This document shows, piece after piece, positions 1 to 12,685 of a DNA stretch of 64,000 bases. Source of the stretch: Octopus sinensis (taxonomy: Eukaryota); the NCBI RefSeq assembly GCF_006345805.1, contig NC_043009.1, positions 4,278,001 to 4,342,000 of the forward strand, read 5' to 3'. Position numbers and translations under genes: made by a program. Every line of letters starts with the position of its first letter. Position 1 is the stretch's first letter. Under the pieces are notes generated by a model. The model had not been told where the DNA came from. It did not search any database and was given only the letters and a program-made list of their open reading frames with translations.

Positions 1-424
1 TATATCAGGTGTTAGTAAATACTTTATTGAAAGCTGAAACTTCTCTTTGACGCCACTCAGTTTTAGGATGTTATGCTCCTTAGTTGCTTCTGAAGAGCAA
101 CAACCTGAAACTCGGGGTTGCAGTGTAACAAAGTGTCAGTATGGCTTCGTATGTGCATGCGTTGTTATAAGTTTTTTTGTTTAAAAAGGAAACGAATAAA
201 GTATTATGATTTAAGGCAAAGAAATCTGTTCACTGGTAGTGTTTGCATTCGTGTATTTCAAAAATAACTCTTACAAAAGTTGTCAATTTACACACATGCA
301 CACAAACACATACATACACACACACACGCGCGCAGATATATGCATATATCGAAAAGATCAAACGTCTTTCCAGAGCCGTAGATACATACGGTTCTTGCAT
401 TCTGTGACTTATCTCTCTTCATCG

Positions 425-560
425 ATTACTCATTTTTTCCCAGCTGAGTGGATTGGAGCAACGTGAAATGAAGTGTTTTGCTCTATAACACAACTCGTTG
501 CCTGGTCCAGGAATCGAAACCACAATCTTGCAATCATGAGTCCAACACTCTAGTCACTAA
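425..560 (-). mobile_element. Family C tRNA-derived SINE, 5' half
   Basis: The reverse complement (..GTGGTTTCGATTCCTGGACC..AGCAAAACACTTCATTTCACGTTGCTCCAATCCACTCAGC..AAATGAGTA) aligns by eye with the copy at 16126-16376. Confidence 0.75.
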
Positions 561-1238
561 AACAATATATATATATGTTCGATTGCGCACACGCACATAT
601 GTGTAAACGCATATATACGATAAATTTTATAGATAGGTTTTTGTACAGAAGTATATTGTCAAAATAATATTTATTATCAATAATGCATGTTTATTTCGAT
701 AATCTAGTATAGGCGAAACATCGTAGAAAACTGACACAATTTGGTTATAAATATATAACTAGATAGTTATGGACATGCTGTATTTCGCTGGATATATATA
801 TGTATCTCGTGATGGTATTACACAATAAAACTAAATATATTTGCTGTAGTTATGAAGTGGTCTGGTAAGATGCAGGTAATCCAATCCGGAGCGAAACATT
901 GGTCGATTACCCTTGTCTCACTGAAAGTCATAAACTGATATACGATATCGTGGGCAAGCTTTAAGATTGCTTGTTTATGACTGTTGTTACTATGACACTC
1001 ATACGTTTCACAAGGATCGAACGTAGGCCTATGGTTCCTTTTTTTTTTTTTTTTTTTCCCCTTTTTTGGAGTTGTGTTTGTTTTTTAATTAGTGAATCAT
1101 TAGTATGTGCACGTTAGTAGTGTTAAATGTGTTGACTCCGTATGATTCTGCAGAATAATATCTAAGGCTTTTAACCAAGTAATTTAAGAACTAATAATGA
1201 TATGAATATACAGACTATATATATATATACATACATAC

Positions 1239-1271
<33 letters not shown>

Positions 1272-1480
1272 TATATACATATTATATTTGTAAAGAGGAA
1301 AGGAGAGAGACAAGGCAGGCAAGCAGATAGGTAGAGACACAGACATCCAGATGTATTGCTACACACCCAGAAGAATAATTAAGATCGAGATAGGTACGAT
1401 TGGCAAATATGTCTGCGTGTGTAGGAGTTTATATATGTGGTTTCGCACGGTGCCCTCAAGTGGTGTGTAAATGTGTCGTC

Positions 1481-1520
<40 letters not shown>

Positions 1521-1669
1521 TATTCATTCTTATCTTCTGTTGTATTTTGTACGCACATTGAGTATAGGTCTCTTAAGAGAGCAGGTGGAATAATTGATAG
1601 AGAAAGCAAAGGCATATAAGTGTGTACATCTGAGTGTATGTATGTAGATATATATATATATATATGTTA

Positions 1670-1702
<33 letters not shown>

Positions 1703-2271
1703 ACCACATAGCACGCACATGTTCACATTTATGCCTACTTATTCAGAAACCGACATACAAAATCATAGATGAGAAAAACAACAAACGGCGCGACAACAAC
1801 TATAACAAAAACAAGAACAATAAACAACGAAATGGGGAACAGAAGCGCCATGGCTCATTAAATGTACATTTAGAGTGCGCGCGTGTATGTGGGTTCATGT
1901 GTGAGTGTGTTGACCGATGGTGGGTAGAGAACGAGAGAAAGTGGGGAGGGAGGGAGAGAGAGAGAGTTAGAGAAAGAGAAAGATGGAGAGAAAGGATTAG
2001 AAAAAGAGGGAAAGAGGGGAAGCGAAAGTCTATAATGAATAGATAAAAATATAAAATATTTCTTTCCTAATATATATGGTCATTATAATATCATTATAGC
2101 GATGTGATAAAGCAGTGACAAAGGGGACAAGAACAACACCAACATTAGTGGCTACATCACTAACATTAATGGCAACAACACCATCTATAATAACATAACA
2201 TATCAACAAGGCAACACTAATGAAAATAATCAACAAAAGCACTATTGAAGTCCTTCAGATAATTTATTCTA

Positions 2272-2426
2272 TTGGGTTGTCCGGAAAGTTCGTGCCGATT
2301 TTTAAAGGAAAGAAAAAAGGTCAATAAATACTTGCCATTACATCTTTAATCAACCAAATATGAATCCTTTGGTTGTTAAGTGCGTCTCCATCTTTCTTTT
2401 AACTTGAAAATACCCTCTTCCCAGAA
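2272..2426 (-). mobile_element. Mariner transposon 3' end (transposase C-terminus plus TIR)
   Basis: Minus strand reads FWEEGIFKLKERWRR..SYLVD*, the typical mariner transposase C-terminus. The end TA|TTGGGTTGTCCGGAAAGTT resembles a mariner TIR with its TA target. Confidence 0.8.
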
Positions 2427-2820
2427 TTGATGTGGTTTCATGGCAATCAATTCATCAATATATATAGAAAGCTACACCAATGCCAGAAGGTCCCAGCAAT
2501 GCCATCACGCTTCAGGACCAGTTATTGCAACAGCCTGGGTTTCAAGGGTCCACAGCTTTTTTATATTCTCCCAAAGAGCCTGAGGAACTTGCACAAAGTA
2601 GATGTAGGGGTTTTTTAATCAAAGCTGGACCTCTTCCTGTCAAGAGTTCCTGTCAAGAGTCCCAGATGAACCTACCTCACGGCAAGAGGTGCAAATGAGG
2701 GTAGCTATATCAAACTCCATGCTTCACCAAGTGCCACATATTAGAGGAGTCGATTAGTAATAACCGTGTAGCAAAACGGCGGTGCATCAGCATGGCCACA
2801 GCTCTGAGCTGAAACTAGAG
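2427..2820 (+). mobile_element. CR1/L2-group LINE, 3' end of ORF2 plus 3' UTR/tail
   Basis: Translation gives NSLGFKGPQLFYILPKSLRNL..VF*SKLDLFL..VP(shift)DEP..SNSMLHQ. This matches the NSL-x-x-RGP-x-LFN-x-LP..LRN..KLD-x-FL..VPDEP C-terminal motif of this LINE group. The in-frame stop and frameshift mark it as dead. The tail is at 2775-2820. Confidence 0.75.
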
Positions 2821-3247
2821 AGAATATATATATATATATATTATAACAAGAATGCTAAGTGAGACTTTTGTTTTCTATGATGGTTGTGTATGATTTGAGT
2901 GAGAGTTTCAGATATCATTTCTAGCTGGCAGCAGAGATGGTACACGTTCCGTCGGTGAATTTTATATTTGCAATAGAGACAATGTTACGAAACATAAGTT
3001 GATGAAAGTATTGGCAAGGAAATCTTACTTGGAAGTAAAAATGGACAAAAAGCCAGCAATGCTATATCTTTTCCTGTGATGTTATTGCATGACAAAAAAT
3101 AAAAAGATACGACAGATTGATTCTTATGTACATATCACTCTATGTGTATGTCAGGAAGCAATTGATATTCATTGAAATCAAATGGTCAACCATTCATGAT
3201 ATCCTGTATCCGTTTGTATTTACATATGCCATTCATGATGAATGTTC

Positions 3248-3292
<45 letters not shown>

Positions 3293-3420
3293 GCATGCAC
3301 ATACACACACATACATACCTATGTACTGCTATACAAATACATATATGAATATACATACTCACCATGCACGCATACATATGTACACACACACATATATATG
3401 TGTGTGTGTGTATGTATGTA

Positions 3421-3458
<38 letters not shown>

Positions 3459-3486
3459 CGTCTTCTAAATGTTTTACGTTCTTGTC

Positions 3487-3539
<53 letters not shown>

Positions 3540-3660
3540 GACACACACACAGAGGCAGATAGATAACGAATGATTCTGTGTATGCGCAGGTGAGGGGTAG
3601 GTATTTGTTTACGAATAATAAATAGCCCATTAGATACACAGGAACATACAGACACGTGTT

Positions 3661-3710
<50 letters not shown>

Positions 3711-3892
3711 AGAATAAAAGAGTGATGGGGGAGATTCCTTCGACACACTGTAATGTATGCATATACATTTTGGTGTTAGTGTATTTCGTTCCGAGTGTGT
3801 TTATGAATGCAAGTTTTAAGCATATGCATCGTGTGTACGCGTGTGTACATTTGTATTGTAATGTCTGTGTGCGCACGAATGCGTTTGTACGT

Positions 3893-3923
<31 letters not shown>

Positions 3924-4349
3924 ACCGCCATCTACGTGTTTCAGCTGATTAATTATACGAGCAATATGTGTCATTAAATCCAGAGTTAATGAGTCGAATC
4001 TAATGTACTACTGATAAGTGGCGTACATACTTGCAGTCACTGAGTAAGACACAGAGCAGAAAAGAAAGAGAAGCACATACACTCACATAAACCCACACAC
4101 ACGCACATACACACACACACACATACACACTCACACACATATAGACAGACACACAAGTAACGAGAAGGGTAAGGAAAGAAAGAGGTGGCGCGAGACAGGG
4201 TGCGGGGATGTGATTGTATAACGGAAGAGGTAGGGCGAAGTCGATGAAGTCAGGTCAGGGTTCATGTCAGCTGATGTCTCTGGATAGGAAACAGAGATAG
4301 ATGCTGGGGTTGGGGAATGACTTACATAGTCCAGAGACACGGCATCATC

Positions 4350-4381
<32 letters not shown>

Positions 4382-4568
4382 AATGTGGTTGTATGGAAGG
4401 AGAAACAGAAGTACTCGATGCTGAAGTCGAGTCTGGAATGTAAAAAATTGACCAGTCTTTAACAGAAAATATATTGTAACTCCGATTTTCGTATCAAAGT
4501 GATCACTTAATTATTAAACAACAGAAAGCATCTTAATGTTGGCTGACAGCAATCGAATATACGGACTA

Positions 4569-4779
4569 CAGTAATCCCTCGACTATCGCGGGTGTTACGA
4601 TCTAAAACACCCCGCGATAGGTGAAAATCCGCGAAGAAGAAACAGTACTGTACTGTATATCTTTTTAAACTTATTTTTTTAAATTTGTATATATTCATTT
4701 TATTATAAGTGCAAAACAACACCACGGAGGAATCGATGTAAGCTTAAATAATAAACCGCGATATGGTTAGGGATAACTG
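4569..4779. mobile_element. pogo/Tigger-like MITE (about 211 bp)
   Basis: Left end TA|CAGTAATCCCTCGACTATCGCGG and right end (reverse complement) CAGTTATCCCTAACCATATCGCGG form imperfect ~23-bp TIRs. The right flank is CA, probably a mutated TA. There is an internal imperfect hairpin ATCGCGGGTGTT..AACACCCCGCGAT at 4585-4618. Confidence 0.75.
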
Positions 4780-6038
4780 CAGAGAGAGTGAGACAGAGAG
4801 AGAGAGAGTGAGTGAGTGAGACAGAGAGAGAGAGAGTGATTGATTCCAGAATCTAAACTCGAAAGATATTTCTAGGCCTTGTGCCAGATGTTCACCTTGT
4901 GTGATTTGTCACAAACTCTCTATAACTTATTCCAGTCTTCCCTTCTGTACCTAGGGCTGGTACCACTGGTTTCATTACATATAATGCTATCTAACTTCTT
5001 TCTAGCTCCCCTGTATACCCGAACCCTATCTTTCTGACCTTATCCAGAGAATTGCATGGGGTTCGCATAGTGGGGACGTGTTGTTCATTATCCTAAGTCT
5101 TCTATCGGTATGTTGATTTGTGTAGCAAAATTGAGTTCTTGCGAACAACATATTTCGATGCTATGGGTTTCATGTAATAGGAGCGGAGTGGAGGAGCTAC
5201 ACTCTGTTGTTCACAGCCTCTAAAACACACACACACACACACACGCACACTCACACACACACACACACACACACACACAACACACACACACACATACATA
5301 TGTATATATACATATATGTGTGTGTGTATATATATATGTGTATATATACGTTTATATATTTGTTTTGCAAGATTCTTGATGTGAAATCGTGTGTTGAAAC
5401 AGATGTTGTTGCATTTAGGAATGGTCATTTTGCCAGTTTAGCCAAATAAAACACACACATATATATATGTATATATATATATGTGTGTGTATGTATATAT
5501 ATATATATACATATATATATGTATGTACAAAGTAAGATAGAGGTTATGAAGGTAACCCACTATGGGGTAATATCCGTAAGTTGATGATCGAAATAAATTT
5601 GTTCCTCCATTTTCTTATTTATATATGTATGTATATATGTGTATATATATATATATGCATGTGTGTTTGTGTGTGTGTGTGTGTGTATGTGTGTGTGTAT
5701 TGGCATGCAAATCTTGGGATCATTATATTTGATTATGTTTTTATACTGTATAATATGAGAGAGATTTGTCTAGTATTTCTAGCATGCTGGTTTGCCATAT
5801 AGAAATTTCGTTCTTGAAACTTGACTATCCCTACCATAGTGTGACGAGGTCAAAGCATACTCGGCTGGCTTTCAAACTCAATACTTCCAAGATAGAAGCA
5901 AATCGTTCAGTCGCGAATATTGTGTCGTAGATACTAAAAAATGCTTAGCATATATCCTATTATATAACAGTCTTGTAAATAATCATATCATATTTCTAAC
6001 CATTTTGTATGTATATATGTATGATACATGTATTTATG

Positions 6039-6117
6039 TCTTTTTTTCTTTCTTTTTGCAGGTAAGTACGCAGAAGCATTTCTGTCATCTTATTGCCAAA
6101 ATTAAAATCAGGTAGGC
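6039..6117 (+). promoter_or_regulatory. Fused 3'/5' splice site (candidate recursive splice site) with downstream alternative donor
   Basis: Unbroken pyrimidine run 6039-6057, then GCAG (AG at 6060-6061), immediately followed by GTAAGT (6062-6067). A second donor, CAG|GTAGGC, starts at 6112. Confidence 0.55.
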
Positions 6118-7025
6118 TGATTTCTAACGTTTGAAATAACAGGAACAAAATAGCAGTGTTATTATTGTATATGTGTATGTGTGTCTATGTGCGTAGAAAG
6201 CAATAAAAAAAAGCCAGCTTTGGCCTGTTTGATTCGATAGTTCTGTATCACTGCCCTTGTGTTTGTAATGCTTCCGTACTCCCAAAGAATCTTATGAACT
6301 GTCGCATGCAAATTAACCAGAAATCCTCTTTAGAGTTTAAGGAGGATGATCCCGACAAAACTCTTATTTAAAGATCAGAACGAAATTGTTAACACACACA
6401 CACACGCATATATACACACACACAATCTTTGTATCAGAGTATTCAAGAAGAATTGTAGAAAAAAAAGTTGTGTCACATTTTTAAGATTTACATTTATAAA
6501 TTTATTATTGCTATTTATTATAAATATTTATGTTATACTTGTTCTCTATAGCTGTTACGCTAACACTATACATTTCAATATTACATACATTATAGCATGT
6601 TAAACATCATCACTACATAATATTGCATTATTAATAGCCGGCGAAATGGCCGAAACTTTAGAATGATAGGTAGAAGGCATCATTACTCGCAGCGATCTCG
6701 CTTAAATTCCAGCCATGGCTATCTTTGCCTTTCATCATTTGCTCTAATGATGACAACGTACTAGTCATGGGTGGTTGATTTTCAAAACAAGATGCTATTC
6801 TATATTTGATTCGGCTCTTTGTGTTCTTATTTCAAATCCCGCCAAAGTCGACATATTCGCTTGATACGCCTATAGTTTTAACATCACAATCTTTCAAGTT
6901 CGATGCCTTTAACGGACTCCTTGACACTCACAAACATTTGGCTATGTTTCCACATTGAGTATCACCGACCAATCTTAGCGGCCTTGTAAAGGGTAATTGA
7001 GCCTTGACTTACCTTTTGATCAGAA

Positions 7026-7414
7026 TACTCTTTTACTTGTTTCAGTCATTTGACGGCGGCCATGCTGGAGCACCGCTTTTAGTCGAGCAAATTGAGTCCA
7101 GGACTTATTCTTTGTAAGATTTGTACTTATTCTATCGGTCTCTTTTGTCGAGCCGCTAAGTTACGGCGACATAAACACACAAGCATCGGTTGTCAAGCGA
7201 CGTTGGGGGACAAACACAGACACACAAACATACACACACACACATATATACATATATACGACGGGCTTCTTTCAGTTTTCGTCTGCCAAATCCACTCACA
7301 AGGCTTTGGTCGACCCGAGGCTATAGTAGAAGACACTTGCCCAAGGTGCCAAGCAGTGGGACTGAACCCGGAACCGTGTGGTTGGTAAGACAGCTACTTA
7401 CCACACAGCCACTC
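7026..7414 (-). mobile_element. Family A tRNA-derived SINE, near full length
   Basis: Minus strand shows an A-box-like TGGCTGTGTGG, a B-box-like GGTTCAGTCCC, a CCTTGGGCAAGTGTCTTC segment reminiscent of CORE-type SINEs, an internal (TA/TG)n tract and the GGCGGTGCTCCAGCATGGCC..CTGAAACAAGTAAAAGAG-type tail. Confidence 0.9.
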
Positions 7415-8394
7415 ATTATTGTTATTGTTATTTATTAATATGTCATCTCATTATTCCTATATACTACAGTATTGCAATAAATTGTAATTATATAACTATG
7501 TGTGCGCCTTGCTTCACTATATATTTAGGATATATTATATTTACATATTGATAAATTATATCCATATATCTCTACACACCGGAATACATTATTTATTACA
7601 TGTAAATATAAATCACATTATTAACATATCTTATGTTATTGCATTCAACTTTTTGACTTATTCTTCTCTTGATATTTGAAGGAGCAATATTTCCAAAATG
7701 CCAGAATAAATTTGGAGATTAGTATTTAGATTTGTTTCGTGATATACTTGCTTTTCTTGTCATTATAATAACGATTTATTTAAATCAAGCTCTTGTATAA
7801 TAGATAGTGAAGAAATTTTTTTCAGTTCTCACATCTACGTATTTTTACAATATTTCTTCTTCCTCTTGTTAAATACTGCCTTAATACACTTTTACACAGT
7901 TACTCACACACTCGTTTACCCGAGAATCTGAATTCCATAATTTAAGTTTCGATGATGAATTAAAAATGATTTTTACATCCTTAGCTATCTCTCTATATAA
8001 TAGCCATTTATATTCATTATTTTTCATTAACTGATTCGGCAAACTGCGGTCATGATTTGCAGTATTTGTCCATGATTTTTTAATTGTGAATTTAAATTAT
8101 GGTGAGGCCAATTTCATCAGTGAAAGAGTGATTTCATAAAATATTAGTCAAATACTGGGTTTGATTTAATGAGCTTGAAATTTCCACTGAACAAAAACGT
8201 AATTGCTACTTTGTGACCTTCTACAAATGGTAAAATCATTCACGATCTGACTGTCGAACCGGGCTTCAGTTTTCATTTGACAGATATTTAAAAGTACGCC
8301 ATTTTGGTGTGAAATTTTTCCAAGTATTTAATCATGCTACCTACTATTTCACGATATACGAATTACACACACATACATATACACATACACACAG

Positions 8395-8426
<32 letters not shown>

Positions 8427-8434
8427 ACACACAA

Positions 8435-8490
<56 letters not shown>

Positions 8491-8505
<15 letters not shown>

Positions 8506-8668
8506 CGACGGGCTTCTTTCAGTTTCTGTCTACCAAATCCACTCACAAGGCTTTGGTCGGCCCTAGGCTATAGTAGAAGACACTTGCCCAAAGTGCCACG
8601 CAGTGGGACTGAACCTGGAACCATATGGTTCGTAAGCAAGCTACGTACCACACACCCAATCCCACGCC
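8491..8668 (-). mobile_element. Family A SINE, 5' half, with expanded internal microsatellite
   Basis: Matches the head and central part of 7026-7414 and runs into a long (CA)/(TA) tract at about 8360-8500. Confidence 0.85.
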
Positions 8669-8696
8669 TATACTGAACCCGGAACCTTGTGATTCG

Positions 8697-8728
<32 letters not shown>

Positions 8729-10648
8729 TATAAAGATACACACACATACACAAAAAGTAAGACCCTTGGTTCGAGTTCACTGCATAGCATGAGAGGATAA
8801 AAACTGCAGGGGCTTGTAAGATGGATTATACTAGTAATTCGTATATTCAGCATTGTCACATCAAGTAACAACACTGAATCTGTGTGACTGCTTTTCAGTT
8901 AGCAGTACACATAAATAGATGATTTAAGAGAATACTTATCGCCGTAGCTGACGGAGATCCTTCCCGTGCGCGCGCTCAGGGGAGGTTTTCTGTGATTCAC
9001 CAAATTCAGAAGTTACCTTGGTTTATAGCTTCCTCAGATTTATTTGATTATTTATTTTCTGTTTTGGATTTGTTTCGATTATATTGTATTGCTTTTTCCA
9101 CTCCTTAAATAACTTCAGCATCGAGGGACGGACGTAGGGAAGAGACGCAGAATGGGAAGAGAAACAAACGGGTAGAAGCAAACAAAAAACTGCAAACAAA
9201 CCAAAGCAAAACAAAACAATAAAGGAAAACATTGAAACAGTTCGAGAGAGCTGGCGACGAGCAAGGGAGATGAGCTGAGAGGTTAGAAAGGGGGAGATAA
9301 TCAAATAACGCATTTTGTTTGCTTGCGTTGCTTGCTCAATACAAAGAACACTTCAAAACCACACACACGCACGCACGCACGCACGCACACACAGCCACAT
9401 TTTTTTCTCTCTTTCCACCCATTAACTCTCGTGGGACCGGCTGCTTCTCCAGCATGTCCATATATCAAAAGGTATTACAGAAGAAACAGGGAAACATTTC
9501 AACTACCCCTGAATGGCTTTTGGCGGGTGGCGTTTCTGAAGAGGCACTCATAGACAGCGCATTATTTCCAATATCTAGACAACATTTACATTTACACATG
9601 TGTTAACCTGGCTGCATAAAAGCGAGAGCATGAAATATTTGGGCGAGAAACTTTTGAGTGGTGAGAGAAGGGAGAAAAAAACGAAGATATAAAAATTGAA
9701 AATAAAAATGGCAAAAGTATAAATATATAGAATAAAAATCAATGTGTTGGTAAGGAAATGTGACGTAAAATAGGACGGTTTTGTTCCTTTTTTTTGTCAA
9801 ACCTTGAAAAGGAAGAGTGAAAGACAAATGGTAAGGCATGAAGTATAAAGGGTGCGTGTAATAAATGGTTACGTAATCATAGTGAGTGGGAATGTGAAGC
9901 GTGGGTGGCGGTTGTATATACAGATAGAAGAGCAATGATCCGCAGGAAAATTCGCGAAGGCACACACGCACACACTCACACACATATATGTACTCACATT
10001 CTTATAATACATATTTGTTCACAGATATATATATATATATGTGTGTGTGTATATATATATATTTATAAGCACGAACGCGCATATACAATCATATATATTA
10101 TGTATGTACATAAATATGCGTACATATAAGCTTGATGTGTATGTATATATTTTATATATGTATAGGTAGATATGTGCAGTGTGCAGTGTATATATATATA
10201 TAATGCGCTTGTGTGTGTATGCATTTAACAGCTGTGTGTGTATATATATCTATATATAAATATATATATATATGTATATATATATAGTGTGTGTGTGTGT
10301 GTCTAAAGTTATCCAACTTTAAATGTGCTTATAAAGGATATTTAACCCCCGTTATCAACATCTGCGAAACCTCTTTGCTTTTAGGAATCAATTTTATCAT
10401 CATGATCACTAACAGCCCCAATACTTCTCTTGCTTCCACCACCATAACAACAACAAAATCTATCGAAACAACAACAGAAGGGAGGCCCAAATTGATACCA
10501 GAGCCACCATAACTATCACCCGAAATTATACCAGAAAATAGGATCCTTGTATCAGCATCCTTTAGAGGGCATCAAAACAACCATCTCTATCGTTATTGAC
10601 AATGGATTTCAACGCACAATCTCATAAGCGCACCGACATTTACGCACA

Positions 10649-10910
<262 letters not shown>

Positions 10911-11049
10911 CATTATCTTTTACGTGGGTTCGATATGATTCACCATTATAGCTCGAGTGTTTGTTTTGATCACACACACACACTGACACATTCGTTTTTG
11001 TTTTTCGAAATAGCTGTAAAATCCTTATGATATATATACATATACATAC

Positions 11050-11095
<46 letters not shown>

Positions 11096-12270
11096 TAGAG
11101 AAGTGATTGTAGTCAACTGCACACCACTTTGTTATCAGTGATGCATTATGCAAGCACGAGATGCACGACTAGCGTGCACAACATACAATAAATACTCAAA
11201 TAAATACACAAACATGGACATAATAAAGCTGACTCTATTTAACATATGACGTTCCTGTCAACAAATAAATGGCCGATACGTTGTCAAGATAAATATTGAA
11301 AAGTCAGATGTGCAACGGATCAGAGAGAGAGCCGTGACACAAATGAAACAACACAAAGAAATAAATAAAATTTGATAGCCTTCCAATGTTGTCGTTCATG
11401 TTGTTAAACGTTGTGGTTGTTGTTGTTGTTGTTGTTGCTGTTTTTTTTGTTGTTGTTACTGCTGCAAAAGGTTTTATGGAAGAGAGAGAGAGAGAGAGAG
11501 AGAGTATGGGTGTGAGAGTGTAGGAAGGTGAGAGAAAGAATTTATGAAATATTGAGGTGTGAAAGATTTGATATATTTGCTAATCATTAAACCTCGCTAG
11601 AATGAACCAACTCCTACGCTGCTTTCCTTCATGCCTCTTTTCTTCTTTCTCACCATCTCTCTCCCTCTATCTCTCTCCCTCTCTCTCTCCCTCTCTTTCT
11701 TTCTGCGCACCTATCTATCTGTCTTTCCATCTCCCCATCTATCTCTGTTTATTTCCAATCCTACGTTCAGTCTCTTCCTTTCAATCTCTCAGCCTCTCTC
11801 CTATTTCACTCATAGCTTTTCTCTCTTTTACTATGTGGCTTTATATTTTTCTCCCTCTCCCTCTCCCTCCCACCCCCTCTCTCATTCTATGTTTACCATT
11901 CTTTCTAACAACATTCTCAGTTTTTCATTCATTTATTCAATTATTTTTTTATGCCTGTTTCATTCCCACCCCCCATCCTTTCTCTCTCTCTCTCTCTCTC
12001 TCCTTTCTTTCTTCCTTCATGGAACTATGCAATCTATACATACCAGTCATGATCTGTTGTCCATTCAATCTTCCATACTTCCTGTCCTAAATATTTTAAC
12101 GCATTCTTCAAATATACAGAATCGTCATCGCCATCATCGCCGACAAATAATCATTGTTGTTGGTTTGTTAGTTTTATCGCATCACCAAAGAGCTTGGTCC
12201 TTGGATTCATTAGCCTCGCATATTTAATTTCATGAACGCCTACGTTAATTTCATGTGGACTTCAAGCGAG

Positions 12271-12482
12271 TATCTTCTACTTGTTTCAGTCGCTGGACTG
12301 CGGCCATGCTGGGATGCCGCCTTCAAATATTCTTGTGCAATGAATCGACCTCCAGTTATTATTATTTTTTACGCTTGCTACTTATTTCATCGATGTCTTA
12401 GGCCGAACCGCGAAATTGTGCGGACGTAAAGAAATAAACAATGGGTTTAAAGCGGTGGGAGGGATAAATGTAAACACAAAGG

Positions 12483-12559
<77 letters not shown>

Positions 12560-12569
12560 CACATATATA

Positions 12570-12609
<40 letters not shown>

Positions 12610-12685
12610 TATATCAGTTTTCATCTCACAAATCCACACACAAGACTTGATCGGCTCGGAACTATAGTAGAAACACTTGCCCAAG
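12271..12685 (-). mobile_element. Family A SINE, diverged
   Basis: Tail (CTTGTTTCAGTC..GCGGCCATGCTGG) and CCACACACAAG..CTATAGTAGAAACACTTGCCCAAG blocks are recognisable; the internal microsatellite is expanded. Confidence 0.75.

Noticed and set aside
85-125. CTGAAGAG..GAAAC hammerhead-like boxes
   Set aside because: No convincing stem I or NUH triplet can be drawn; at most a decayed PLE remnant.
4131-4340. 69-aa minus-strand ORF (MSLDYVSHSP...) with an internal GTAAGT
   Set aside because: No recognisable domain, no proper acceptor, and it runs into CA/TC repeats.
9319-9606. 95-aa ORF in moderately complex sequence
   Set aside because: No motif recognised, starts in a microsatellite, and has no good splice-site pair.
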